DNA from: Minisyncoccota bacterium
GTDB lineage: Bacteria > Patescibacteriota > Minisyncoccia > Phycocordibacterales > UBA9973
NCBI GenBank assembly: GCA_036405895.1
Contig: DASWWS010000002.1
Coordinates: forward strand, 124,029-188,028
Reading direction: 5' to 3'
DNA: 64,000 nucleotides
Position numbers and translations under genes: made by a program. The notes beneath the pieces were generated by a model that was given only the letters and a program-made list of their open reading frames with translations, had not been told where the DNA came from and searched no databases. Shown one piece after another: positions 25,683 to 33,168 of this stretch (its first letter is position 1; every line of letters starts with the position of its first letter).

Positions 25683-26099
25683 TTATGCGCGTGCAACGAT
25701 GCGGGTCTTCACAGGAAGTTTTGTTCCCGCTTTGCGAAGGGCTTCGCGAGCGATAGCTTCATCAACTCCGTCTACCTCAAAGAGGATACGGCCAGGGAGC
25801 ACTTCTACGTGGTACCCTTCGAGATCACCCTTACCCTTACCCATCGGCTGCTGTGCAGCTTTTTCTGTAAACGGACGGTCTGGGAATACGCGAATCCACA
25901 TGCGGCCAACTTTTGTAAGGTGGCGAGATGCTGCCTTGCGGGCTGCTTCGATCTGGTTTGAAGTAACGCGGCCCATAGATTCTGTCTTAAGACCAAATGA
26001 TCCGAAGTTCACAAGCGTTCCGCGAGTTTCAACGCGCTCACTCATGTCAGTTCGTTTCTTTTGCCATTTTCGGTATTTTACTTTTTTAGGGAATAACAT
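25683..26099 (-). CDS. rplP: 50S ribosomal protein L16
   Basis: MLFPKKVKYRKWQK...MGKGKG. Confidence 0.96.
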   Translation of the reverse strand: MLFPKKVKYRKWQKKRTDMSERVETRGTLVNFGSFGLKTESMGRVTSNQIEAARKAASRHLTKVGRMWIRVFPDRPFTEKAAQQPMGKGKGDLEGYHVEVLPGRILFEVDGVDEAIAREALRKAGTKLPVKTRIVARA

Positions 26100-26110
26100 G
26101 ATAGTAACTC

Positions 26111-26776
26111 TTATTTCTTAGCGCCGTTAAAGACCATACCCTTGTAAATCCATACTTTGATACCGATACCACCGTATGCGAGGCGTGCTGTTTCGTGTGC
26201 GTAGTCAATATCCGCTCGAAGGGTCTGAAGTGGAACACTTCCGCGCTTTACCACTTCTGTACGAGAAATTTCAGCGCCGCCAAGACGTCCGCCAACATAG
26301 AACTTTGCACCCTGTACTCCGCGAACAGACATCACTTTCTCAATAAGAGTCTTCATAACACGACGGTACGGCATGCGCTTTTCAAGCCCTTCAGCAATCA
26401 TAAATGCAACGATTTTCGCATCCCCTTCTGGGTTTGTTACTTCGATGATTTCAAGCTTGATGTCGTCAGTGACAGTAAGGCCTGCCTGCTTAAGCGCCTT
26501 TACTAAGTCAGTCTTAAGCTTTGTTGCACCTTCACCACTTCGTCCGATAACCATACCTGGGCGTGAGGTGCGGATGATAACGCGGATAGACTTTTGCGCG
26601 CGTTCAAGTTCAACGCTTGATACATAAAAACCGCGAAGACGCTTTTCGAGGAACTGACGAATTGTTACATCAACCGCAAGGTTGTTAACATAGTTCTTGT
26701 CAGTTGCAAACCAGCGTGATTTCCAATCACGGAGGATAACAAGGCGGTGTGCATAAGGGTGTACTACTTTAGACAT
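26111..26776 (-). CDS. rpsC: 30S ribosomal protein S3
   Basis: KVVHPYAHRL...KH domain...GRLGGAEI. Start at ATG 26776. Confidence 0.95.
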   Translation of the reverse strand: MSKVVHPYAHRLVILRDWKSRWFATDKNYVNNLAVDVTIRQFLEKRLRGFYVSSVELERAQKSIRVIIRTSRPGMVIGRSGEGATKLKTDLVKALKQAGLTVTDDIKLEIIEVTNPEGDAKIVAFMIAEGLEKRMPYRRVMKTLIEKVMSVRGVQGAKFYVGGRLGGAEISRTEVVKRGSVPLQTLRADIDYAHETARLAYGGIGIKVWIYKGMVFNGAKK

Positions 26777-26786
26777 ATTATAAAAA

Positions 26787-27131
26787 TTATTTAGATGATT
26801 TCTTAACTGGCGCTTCACCCAAAGTGACGTCGACATGGCTGGTGCGTTTATTGATGCGTTTTGCAACACCCATCGCACGAGCGCGGATACGCTTCATTAC
26901 GAGTCCCTTGTTTACTTCGATATTCTGGATAACGAGAGTAGAGGTGTCGGCACCGAGGTTGTAGGCATTTGCAGCAGCGCTCTTGATAAGCTTCTGGATA
27001 GGCTCAGCAGCGCGCTTTGGCATATATGAGAGCACAGTGTCAGCAGCAGCAAGTGACTTGCCTTTAACAGCGTTCGCTACGAGGCGGACTTTGCGGGGAC
27101 TTTGACGATAGTTAGTGAGTGATGCTTTCAT
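26787..27131 (-). CDS. rplV: 50S ribosomal protein L22
   Basis: YRQSPRKVRLVANAVKG. Confidence 0.95.
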   Translation of the reverse strand: MKASLTNYRQSPRKVRLVANAVKGKSLAAADTVLSYMPKRAAEPIQKLIKSAAANAYNLGADTSTLVIQNIEVNKGLVMKRIRARAMGVAKRINKRTSHVDVTLGEAPVKKSSK

Positions 27132-27155
27132 ACGAATGTGTTAACTGAATAGAGT

Positions 27156-27503
27156 TTATTTCTTCTTAGCGTCTCCGCCTGAAGCTTTTGCTGACTTAGC
27201 AGCAGTGATTTCAGCTTCTTTTTTCTTCTGGTCGATATCCTTCTGCATCTTACCTCCGTGACGGGTAAACTTGCGAGTCGGTGAGAATTCACCCAAGCGG
27301 TGCCCTACCATATCTTCTGTTACGAGGACTTCGAGGTGAGCGCGTCCGTTGTGCACTCCAAAAGTGAAGCCAACCATTTCAGGCGCGATTTGTGAATCGC
27401 GTGACCATGTCTTGATAACGCCTGCAGCCATAGGCTGCTTGCCTTCAATCTTTTTGAGTAATTTTGGGTCAATGTATGGCCCTTTTGCGAGTGATCGTGT
27501 CAT
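27156..27503 (-). CDS. rpsS: 30S ribosomal protein S19 with Lys-rich C-terminal extension
   Basis: [12 protein letters not shown]...GHRLGEF. Start at ATG 27503. Confidence 0.95.
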   Translation of the reverse strand: MTRSLAKGPYIDPKLLKKIEGKQPMAAGVIKTWSRDSQIAPEMVGFTFGVHNGRAHLEVLVTEDMVGHRLGEFSPTRKFTRHGGKMQKDIDQKKKEAEITAAKSAKASGGDAKKK

Positions 27504-27623
27504 GTGAGAAAAAAAGAGGCTCTTTTTGAGCTCCGCATATCTTAGCAAATTACAGGGCAATGTCAAATATATGCTTTAACTAAAAAATTATTATGGATAA
27601 AAAGAGAAAAACCAAGGAATTAC

Positions 27624-28022
27624 TTACACCAAAAAGAGTAGTTTTGGAATGAAAATGATCGCTCCTATTGAGGCTGCACTGAGAACCGAGATAAGCACAG
27701 CGCCGGCTGCGACGTCTTTGGTATCTTTTGCGTACGGATGATACTCGGGGCTGGTGAGATCGATATCTATCTCAAAGGCGGTATTAATCGCTTCTGTTAC
27801 CAAAACAGCCGCCATCGCCAAAATAAGGATGCACCACTCCACCGGAGCGATGCGTAGCCATACCCCAAGAGCGGTTACAAGAGCTGCTGCGGCAATTTGG
27901 ATCCAAAAGTTGTGCTGGGTGCGCACAATGATGCGAAGTCCCCGTACGGCGTATTTAAAGCTTCGAGCGCGTGCGATAAGCGAGAACCGTTTCTTTTCCG
28001 AAATATGTTTTACAGCATTCAT
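27624..28022 (-). CDS. dgkA: diacylglycerol/undecaprenol kinase family (DgkA-like) membrane protein
   Basis: Three TM helices, FKYAVRGL...EAINTAFE motif. TGCTATACT-N6-ATG. Lies between rplB and rpsS. Confidence 0.8.
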   Translation of the reverse strand: MNAVKHISEKKRFSLIARARSFKYAVRGLRIIVRTQHNFWIQIAAAALVTALGVWLRIAPVEWCILILAMAAVLVTEAINTAFEIDIDLTSPEYHPYAKDTKDVAAGAVLISVLSAASIGAIIFIPKLLFLV

Positions 28023-28058
28023 AGCGTGAGTATAGCAAACAAACAGCAGATACCCCTC

Positions 28059-28162
28059 CTAGCAAGGACGGTCCTTGCTAGATTTGTTTAACGAGGAAAT
28101 TCCCTTCTCTCAGAAGGACTGTCCTTCTGAGAGAACAAAAAACTCCCGAACGGGAGTTTTTT
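28059..28162. repeat. three consecutive hairpins: two GGAC-N-GTCC palindromes plus a canonical terminator
   Basis: CTAGCAAGGACGGTCCTTGCTAG (28059-28081), CTCTCAGAAGGACTGTCCTTCTGAGAG (28107-28133), AAAAAACTCCCG-AA-CGGGAGTTTTTT (28137-28162). Confidence 0.85.
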
Positions 28163-28181
28163 GCGATAGTTACTATAGAGA

Positions 28182-29027
28182 TTATCGAGTGCCGTTTTTG
28201 CGGCGAGTGATAACGTTCTTGTTTGAGTATTTCTTCGGAGTACGAGTGCGAACACCGTATGCCTGCTTACCGTGACGAGTCTTAGGACCTCGGCGAAGAC
28301 CAATACCTTGAACACCCTCACCACCACCGTGTGGGTGGTCAACCGGGTTCATGGCAGTACCACGAACAGTTGGGCGAATACCCTTCCATCGTGAGCGTCC
28401 AGCCTTACCGTACTTCACGAGCTTGTGTTCGTGGTTAGACACTTCACCAACTGATGCCCATGCAATGTCCTGCACGCGGCGAATTTCGGTCGAAGGCATC
28501 TTGAGCTGTGTGTAGCCCTCCTGCTGCGCAACAACTTGTGCGAATGAACCGGCTGAGCGAACCATCTTTGCTCCTGCTCCTGGCTTGATTTCGATATTGT
28601 ATACAAAAGTACCAGAAGGGATTTTGTTCAAAGGAAGGCGGTTCCCTACTTCAATAGGAGCGTTTTCTGAAACGAGGAATGTGTGTCCTGCAGTAACGTT
28701 CTTTGGAACTACTACATAGCGCTTTTCACCATCGGCATAGACTGCAACACCTACGAATGCTGATCGGTTTGGATCGTATTCAACAGTGGTGATTTTCGCT
28801 GGGATATCGTGCTTGTTGTAGTGGAAGTCCACCAAACGGTATAAACGCTTGTTACCACCGCCCTTGTGAGCTGTAGTGATGCGGCCCATGTTGTTTCGTC
28901 CAACAGAGCGCTTGCGACCCATAGTCAAAGACTTCAAGGGCGTGTCTGTTGTGAGAACCTTGCGGTAATCGATCGTAACGGTGTTACGGCGAGACTGTGT
29001 TGTTGGTTTGTATGTTTTCATTGCCAT
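28182..29027 (-). CDS. rplB: 50S ribosomal protein L2
   Basis: GRNNMGRITT...HPHGGGEG. Confidence 0.97.
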   Translation of the reverse strand: MAMKTYKPTTQSRRNTVTIDYRKVLTTDTPLKSLTMGRKRSVGRNNMGRITTAHKGGGNKRLYRLVDFHYNKHDIPAKITTVEYDPNRSAFVGVAVYADGEKRYVVVPKNVTAGHTFLVSENAPIEVGNRLPLNKIPSGTFVYNIEIKPGAGAKMVRSAGSFAQVVAQQEGYTQLKMPSTEIRRVQDIAWASVGEVSNHEHKLVKYGKAGRSRWKGIRPTVRGTAMNPVDHPHGGGEGVQGIGLRRGPKTRHGKQAYGVRTRTPKKYSNKNVITRRKNGTR

Positions 29028-29040
29028 AATAATAACTCGG

Positions 29041-29352
29041 TTAGATTACATCAATCGTTACGCCCTTTGGAAGGAATACGTACGCTTTCTTGGTAAAGTT
29101 CCCGCGACCGACACGTCCACCGCGAACATGAATCTTTGGAAGAGAGTTCACAGTGTTCACCTTGAGGGGCTTCTTGTTGTACTTTGCCTGAAATGCTTTT
29201 GCAATTTCGCTCTTTGTAGAGCCCACTGCTACGTTGAAAAGGTATACGCTGAACTGCGCGTAGCCAGCTGCTTTCTCAGTGATGCGCGCATCTTTGAGGA
29301 TGAGATTCTTTGGAGCTTCGACTTCTTTAGTTGTTGTCTTTTTTGTAGCCAT
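29041..29352 (-). CDS. rplW: 50S ribosomal protein L23
   Basis: Size, operon position, and the ITEKA...FNVA pattern. Confidence 0.9.
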   Translation of the reverse strand: MATKKTTTKEVEAPKNLILKDARITEKAAGYAQFSVYLFNVAVGSTKSEIAKAFQAKYNKKPLKVNTVNSLPKIHVRGGRVGRGNFTKKAYVFLPKGVTIDVI

Positions 29353-29356
29353 ATAA

Positions 29357-30133
29357 TTATTTCATCTTAGCTTCTAGAACTGCTACTGCATCCGACGGAT
29401 TCACCACCACAATTGCGTGGAAGGTTGCAACAACAAGTGCGTTGAGCGCTACAGCTGTCGTAAGTGTTACTCCTGGAAGGTTTGCAAAGCTTAGTGCAAG
29501 CGTGTCATTGGTTTCCGGAAGCACGATAAGAACCCCGGTCTTTTTCTTTGTTGTAAGCTTTTCAAAGCCTGCAATACTAGCGAGAGTAGAGAGTACGCTT
29601 GAAGCGTCTTTTGTCTTGATTGCGTCGAGTGAAAGGGTGTCCACAAAAAGGATAGCACTGTCAGCAAACTTCTTAGAGAGCACAGTATAGAGAGCTTTTA
29701 CGCGCATCTTCTTGTTGATCTTCTGAGAGTAGTCTTTGTCGTTGCGTGGACCGAATGTCACACCACCGCCAACCCAAATTGGGGAGCGATTTGAACCGTG
29801 ACGAGCGCGTCCTGTTCCCTTCTGCTTCCATGGCTTTTTACCGCCACCGCGTACTTCGCTGCGGTCTTTAGTGTGTGCTGTTCCTGCACGCATGTTTGCC
29901 TGCATTCCAACAACAACCTGGTGCACAAGGTCGCCATTCCATTTCAGTCCAAATACTGACCCAGGAAGCGCGATTGTTCCGGCTGCCTTTGCAGACTGGC
30001 TGTAGATAGGAGCTGAAAGTTCAGCAACTGCCTTTTTCTCTTTTGGCACTTTTGCTACAACTGACTTAGGCGCCGCTGTCTTGGCAACTGTCTTCTTCGC
30101 AACTGTTTTCTTTGTAGGAGTTGTTTCTTTCAT
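29357..30133 (-). CDS. rplD: 50S ribosomal protein L4 with Lys/Ala-rich N-terminal extension
   Basis: RGGGKKPWKQKGTGRARHGS. Start at ATG 30133, 4 nt after the rplC stop. Confidence 0.95.
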   Translation of the reverse strand: MKETTPTKKTVAKKTVAKTAAPKSVVAKVPKEKKAVAELSAPIYSQSAKAAGTIALPGSVFGLKWNGDLVHQVVVGMQANMRAGTAHTKDRSEVRGGGKKPWKQKGTGRARHGSNRSPIWVGGGVTFGPRNDKDYSQKINKKMRVKALYTVLSKKFADSAILFVDTLSLDAIKTKDASSVLSTLASIAGFEKLTTKKKTGVLIVLPETNDTLALSFANLPGVTLTTAVALNALVVATFHAIVVVNPSDAVAVLEAKMK

Positions 30134-30137
30134 AAAA

Positions 30138-30761
30138 TTATTTGTTGATCGTCTCAAAAATCTGGACAATAGTGCCTCGACGACCTGGTACTGCTCCGCT
30201 AATAGCAATAGTGTTTGTTGCTACATCCACTGCCACTACTTTGAGGCCTTTTACAGTCACGATATCTCCACCAGTACGTCCTGCCATGCGCATGCCTTTT
30301 ACAACACGTCCGCCAGCGCGTCCTGGACCTCCACCGATAGAACCAGCTTCGCGTTCAGAGTGCTTCTGACCGTGAGAGCGAGGACCTCCTTTAAAGCCGT
30401 GGCGCTTAACCACACCCTGGAAACCTTTCGCCTTTGAAGTACTGGTAACAGTAACATCGTCTCCAGCTTCGAACATTTCTACATTGATAGTGTCGCCAAT
30501 AGCCTGTCCAACTTCGTCTGCACGGAATTCCTTCACTGCTTTGTAGCCTTTGCCGCCGTGCGCGCCAAGAACAGCCTTTGTAACGCGGCTTTCCTTCTGT
30601 TCTTCTGTAGCAAGTGCGATAGCGCTGTAGCCGTCACGTTCAAGCGTTTTGATAGCAGTTACCACGTTAGGCATCGCCTGAATAAGGGTAACTGGGGTGA
30701 CACGGCCGCTTTCATCAAAGCGCTGTGACATATTGATTTTTCTTCCGAGGATATATTTCAT
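30138..30761 (-). CDS. rplC: 50S ribosomal protein L3
   Basis: ILGRKINMSQRF...PVTLIQA...FKGGPRSHG. Confidence 0.96.
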   Translation of the reverse strand: MKYILGRKINMSQRFDESGRVTPVTLIQAMPNVVTAIKTLERDGYSAIALATEEQKESRVTKAVLGAHGGKGYKAVKEFRADEVGQAIGDTINVEMFEAGDDVTVTSTSKAKGFQGVVKRHGFKGGPRSHGQKHSEREAGSIGGGPGRAGGRVVKGMRMAGRTGGDIVTVKGLKVVAVDVATNTIAISGAVPGRRGTIVQIFETINK

Positions 30762-30852
30762 ACTGTTCGTGCCCCTCCGCCCCTTATAAATGCGGGACTG
30801 GAGTTATTGGGTATTGGACCATTGCATATAGTAATACGTGCAAGTGGGTAGG

Positions 30853-30880
30853 ATTATACACGGCTTCAAAAAAAGTGCAA
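30853..30880 (-). promoter_or_regulatory. sigma70-type promoter (TTGCAC-16-TGTATAAT) with ~90 nt leader ahead of rplC
   Basis: -35 at 30875-30880 and -10 at 30853-30858 (rc). Lies directly after the rpsJ terminator. Confidence 0.6.
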
Positions 30881-30900
30881 CTTTTCTTATAAAACCTAAT

Positions 30901-30937
30901 GATGTAAACAAAAAGCCCCCTTTCGGGGGCTTTTTGT
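30901..30937 (-). terminator. strong intrinsic terminator after rpsJ
   Basis: GATGTAAACAAAAAGCCCCC-TTTC-GGGGGCTTTTTGTTTACATC, a long inverted repeat. Confidence 0.85.
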
Positions 30938-31282
30938 TTACATCATCTTAACGTCGATGTCGACACCAGAAGGCATGGATAGGTTCGTCAGAGATTCGAT
31001 TACCTTCGGAGAAGGGTTTTCGATATCGATGAGGCGCTTGTGAACGCGCATCTCGAACTGCTCGCGCGAGTTCTTGTAGATGAACGGAGAGCGGTTCACA
31101 GTGTACTTCTTGATTTCAGTCGGAAGCGGGATCGGACCGCGCACTACTGCGTCATAACGCACTGCAGTGTCGATGATCTGCTTGACTGAAGCGTCAAGAA
31201 TTTTGTTTTCGTAGGCGCGTACGCGAATGCGGAGCATGCTTTGTACGTCGTCTTTTTTAGGTTTTGCTGTTTTTGTTGCCAT
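30938..31282 (-). CDS. rpsJ: 30S ribosomal protein S10
   Basis: LRIRVRAYENKILD...PLPTEIKKYTVNRSP. Confidence 0.96.
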   Translation of the reverse strand: MATKTAKPKKDDVQSMLRIRVRAYENKILDASVKQIIDTAVRYDAVVRGPIPLPTEIKKYTVNRSPFIYKNSREQFEMRVHKRLIDIENPSPKVIESLTNLSMPSGVDIDVKMM

Positions 31283-31381
31283 GTTGTGAAGAGCTCGGTG
31301 AGGGTCGGACTGTCGCAGTGGTGAGTTCTGATGTTTTCACGCTCTACGCCCCGGTTCCGCAAACCATTATTCTAATACTGA

Positions 31382-32575
31382 TTAGGCAATAACCTTAGTT
31401 ACCACTCCGGCACCGACTGTGCGGCCACCTTCGCGGATAGCGAAACGCATTTGGTCTTCAACACCAACTGGAACAACAAGTTTAACGTTGATCTTCACAG
31501 TGTCCCCTGGCATAACCATTTCTGTTCCTGCTGGGAGTGTTACTTCACCGGTAACGTCAGTTGTACGGATGTAGAACTGAGGCTTGTAACCGTTGATGAA
31601 AGGAGTGTGACGACCACCTTCTTCCTTTTTAAGAACGTAGATTTCACCTTCGAATTCTGTGTGAGGTTTTACTGAGCCAGTCTTTGCGAGCACCTGTCCA
31701 CGAGTAAGGTCTTCCTTTTTCACACCACGGAGGAGAATACCTGCGTTGTCACCTGCCATACCTTCAGTCAACTGCTTGTTGAACATTTCGATACCGGTAA
31801 CAGTAGTCTTCATAGTATCTTTGATACCAACGATTTCTACTTCTTCACCAACTTTCACGATACCGCGCTCGATACGGCCAGTTACCACTGTACCGCGACC
31901 TTCAATAGAGAAGATGTCTTCGATCGGCATAAGGAAAGGCTTGTCGATGTCACGTTCTGGAAGTGGGAAGTACGTGTCGAGAGCGTTTGTAAGCTCAAGA
32001 ACCTTCTGTGCCCATTCGTCGTCGATAGAAGTAGCTTCAAGTCCCTTAAGACCTGATCCGCGGATGATAGGACAATCCTTGTCAAAGCCCTGTTTCTCAA
32101 GGATTTCACGGATTTCTTCTTCCACGAGTTCGATCATGTCAGGATCATCAACCATGTCGCACTTGTTGAGGAACACGATGATTTTTGGAACACCCACCTG
32201 CTTCGCAAGGAGGATGTGTTCGCGAGTCTGAGGCATAGCACCGTCAGTCGCAGCAACCACGAGCACAGCACCGTCCATCTGAGCGGCACCAGTAATCATG
32301 TTCTTGATGTAGTCGGCGTGGCCTGGTGCATCAATGTGAGCGTAGTGACGAGACGCTGTTTCGTACTCGTTGTGTGAGATGTTGATAGTAATACCACGCG
32401 CCTTTTCTTCAGGTGCGCCGTCAATATCGCTAACTCCTTTCATTTTAACTTTGTCTCCGTTCATGTTCAAAACATGAAGGATCGCCGCTGTAAGGGTAGT
32501 CTTACCGTGGTCAACGTGACCGATGGTACCTACGTTTACGTGCGGCTTTGAGCGATCAAATGCTTCTGCAGCCAT
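31382..32575 (-). CDS. tuf: elongation factor Tu
   Basis: [27 protein letters not shown]. Start at ATG 32575. Confidence 0.98.
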   Translation of the reverse strand: MAAEAFDRSKPHVNVGTIGHVDHGKTTLTAAILHVLNMNGDKVKMKGVSDIDGAPEEKARGITINISHNEYETASRHYAHIDAPGHADYIKNMITGAAQMDGAVLVVAATDGAMPQTREHILLAKQVGVPKIIVFLNKCDMVDDPDMIELVEEEIREILEKQGFDKDCPIIRGSGLKGLEATSIDDEWAQKVLELTNALDTYFPLPERDIDKPFLMPIEDIFSIEGRGTVVTGRIERGIVKVGEEVEIVGIKDTMKTTVTGIEMFNKQLTEGMAGDNAGILLRGVKKEDLTRGQVLAKTGSVKPHTEFEGEIYVLKKEEGGRHTPFINGYKPQFYIRTTDVTGEVTLPAGTEMVMPGDTVKINVKLVVPVGVEDQMRFAIREGGRTVGAGVVTKVIA

Positions 32576-32716
32576 AATAATATACTGATTAATTAAGTAA
32601 TAAGTTCCAAACAAAAACAATCTGCCCGACGCCGTTTAAAGAGCGCGGACGCAAAAATGATTGTGGGCGTATCGTACTATAAATTGGAAGCCTCTGTCAA
32701 ACCACTCTTCTATACA

Positions 32717-32742
32717 AAATCCCCTCTTATGAGGGGATTTTG
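32717..32742 (-). terminator. intrinsic terminator after the small-ORF pair
   Basis: AAAATCCCCTC-ATAA-GAGGGGATTTTGT on the minus strand. Confidence 0.8.
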
Positions 32743-32922
32743 TTATTTTGCTGCAGCAAGCGCTGCTTCTCCTTCTCTAATTTTTGCCAACAATGCTTTT
32801 GATTCTTTGTCGAGATTTTCCTCTCCACCAATGGAGTTTAATTCGGCTTGTATTTCTTGGCTCTGTCGGGCAATTTTCTGATCCAAAGTTTCAGGAGAAA
32901 GGGTTTTTTCAAAATTTTCCAT
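32743..32922 (-). CDS. small acidic helical protein, 59 aa (MENFEKTLSPETLDQKIARQSQEIQAELNSIGGEENLDKESKALLAKIREGEAALAAAK)
   Basis: Hand-translated; below the ORF-track length cutoff. Its ATG is 2 nt after the upstream ORF stop (TAATTATG). A terminator follows. Confidence 0.5.
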   Translation of the reverse strand: MENFEKTLSPETLDQKIARQSQEIQAELNSIGGEENLDKESKALLAKIREGEAALAAAK

Positions 32923-32924
32923 AA

Positions 32925-33086
32925 TTATCCTTGTGCTGCTGTTAATGCGTCCTTTATATTCTTGATATATTTCTTCAATACGTCATAAGAAAAGCTGATT
33001 TCCTGAAGCAGTTCTTCTTGCTCAAGGTCTGTAGCCTCCCCCATTTGTACTTTTTCGATTAGCTCGTCCATTCGTGCCTGATCCAT
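32925..33086 (-). CDS. small acidic helical protein, 53 aa (MDQARMDELIEKVQMGEATDLEQEELLQEISFSYDVLKKYIKNIKDALTAAQG)
   Basis: Hand-translated. Has its own TGCTATACT -10 (33120-28, rc) and a GGAAAGAG Shine-Dalgarno sequence. Sits between the fusA terminator and the second small ORF. Confidence 0.5.
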   Translation of the reverse strand: MDQARMDELIEKVQMGEATDLEQEELLQEISFSYDVLKKYIKNIKDALTAAQG

Positions 33087-33136
33087 AGTGTTGTACTACT
33101 CTTTCCTTGTAATAGCAACAGTATAGCATTTTAAGA

Positions 33137-33161
33137 CAAAGACCGGCATAACCGGTCTTTG
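33137..33161 (-). terminator. intrinsic terminator after fusA
   Basis: CAAAGACCGG-TTATG-CCGGTCTTTG on the minus strand, followed by a T-rich tail. Confidence 0.7.
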
Positions 33162-33168
33162 TTGAGTA

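Noticed and set aside
24091-26121. Plus-strand ORFs (24091..24624, 25491..25961, 25639..26121) overlapping rplE, rpsQ and rplP
   Set aside because: They are antisense to highly conserved ribosomal protein genes and have Ser/Arg-rich nonsense-like translations.
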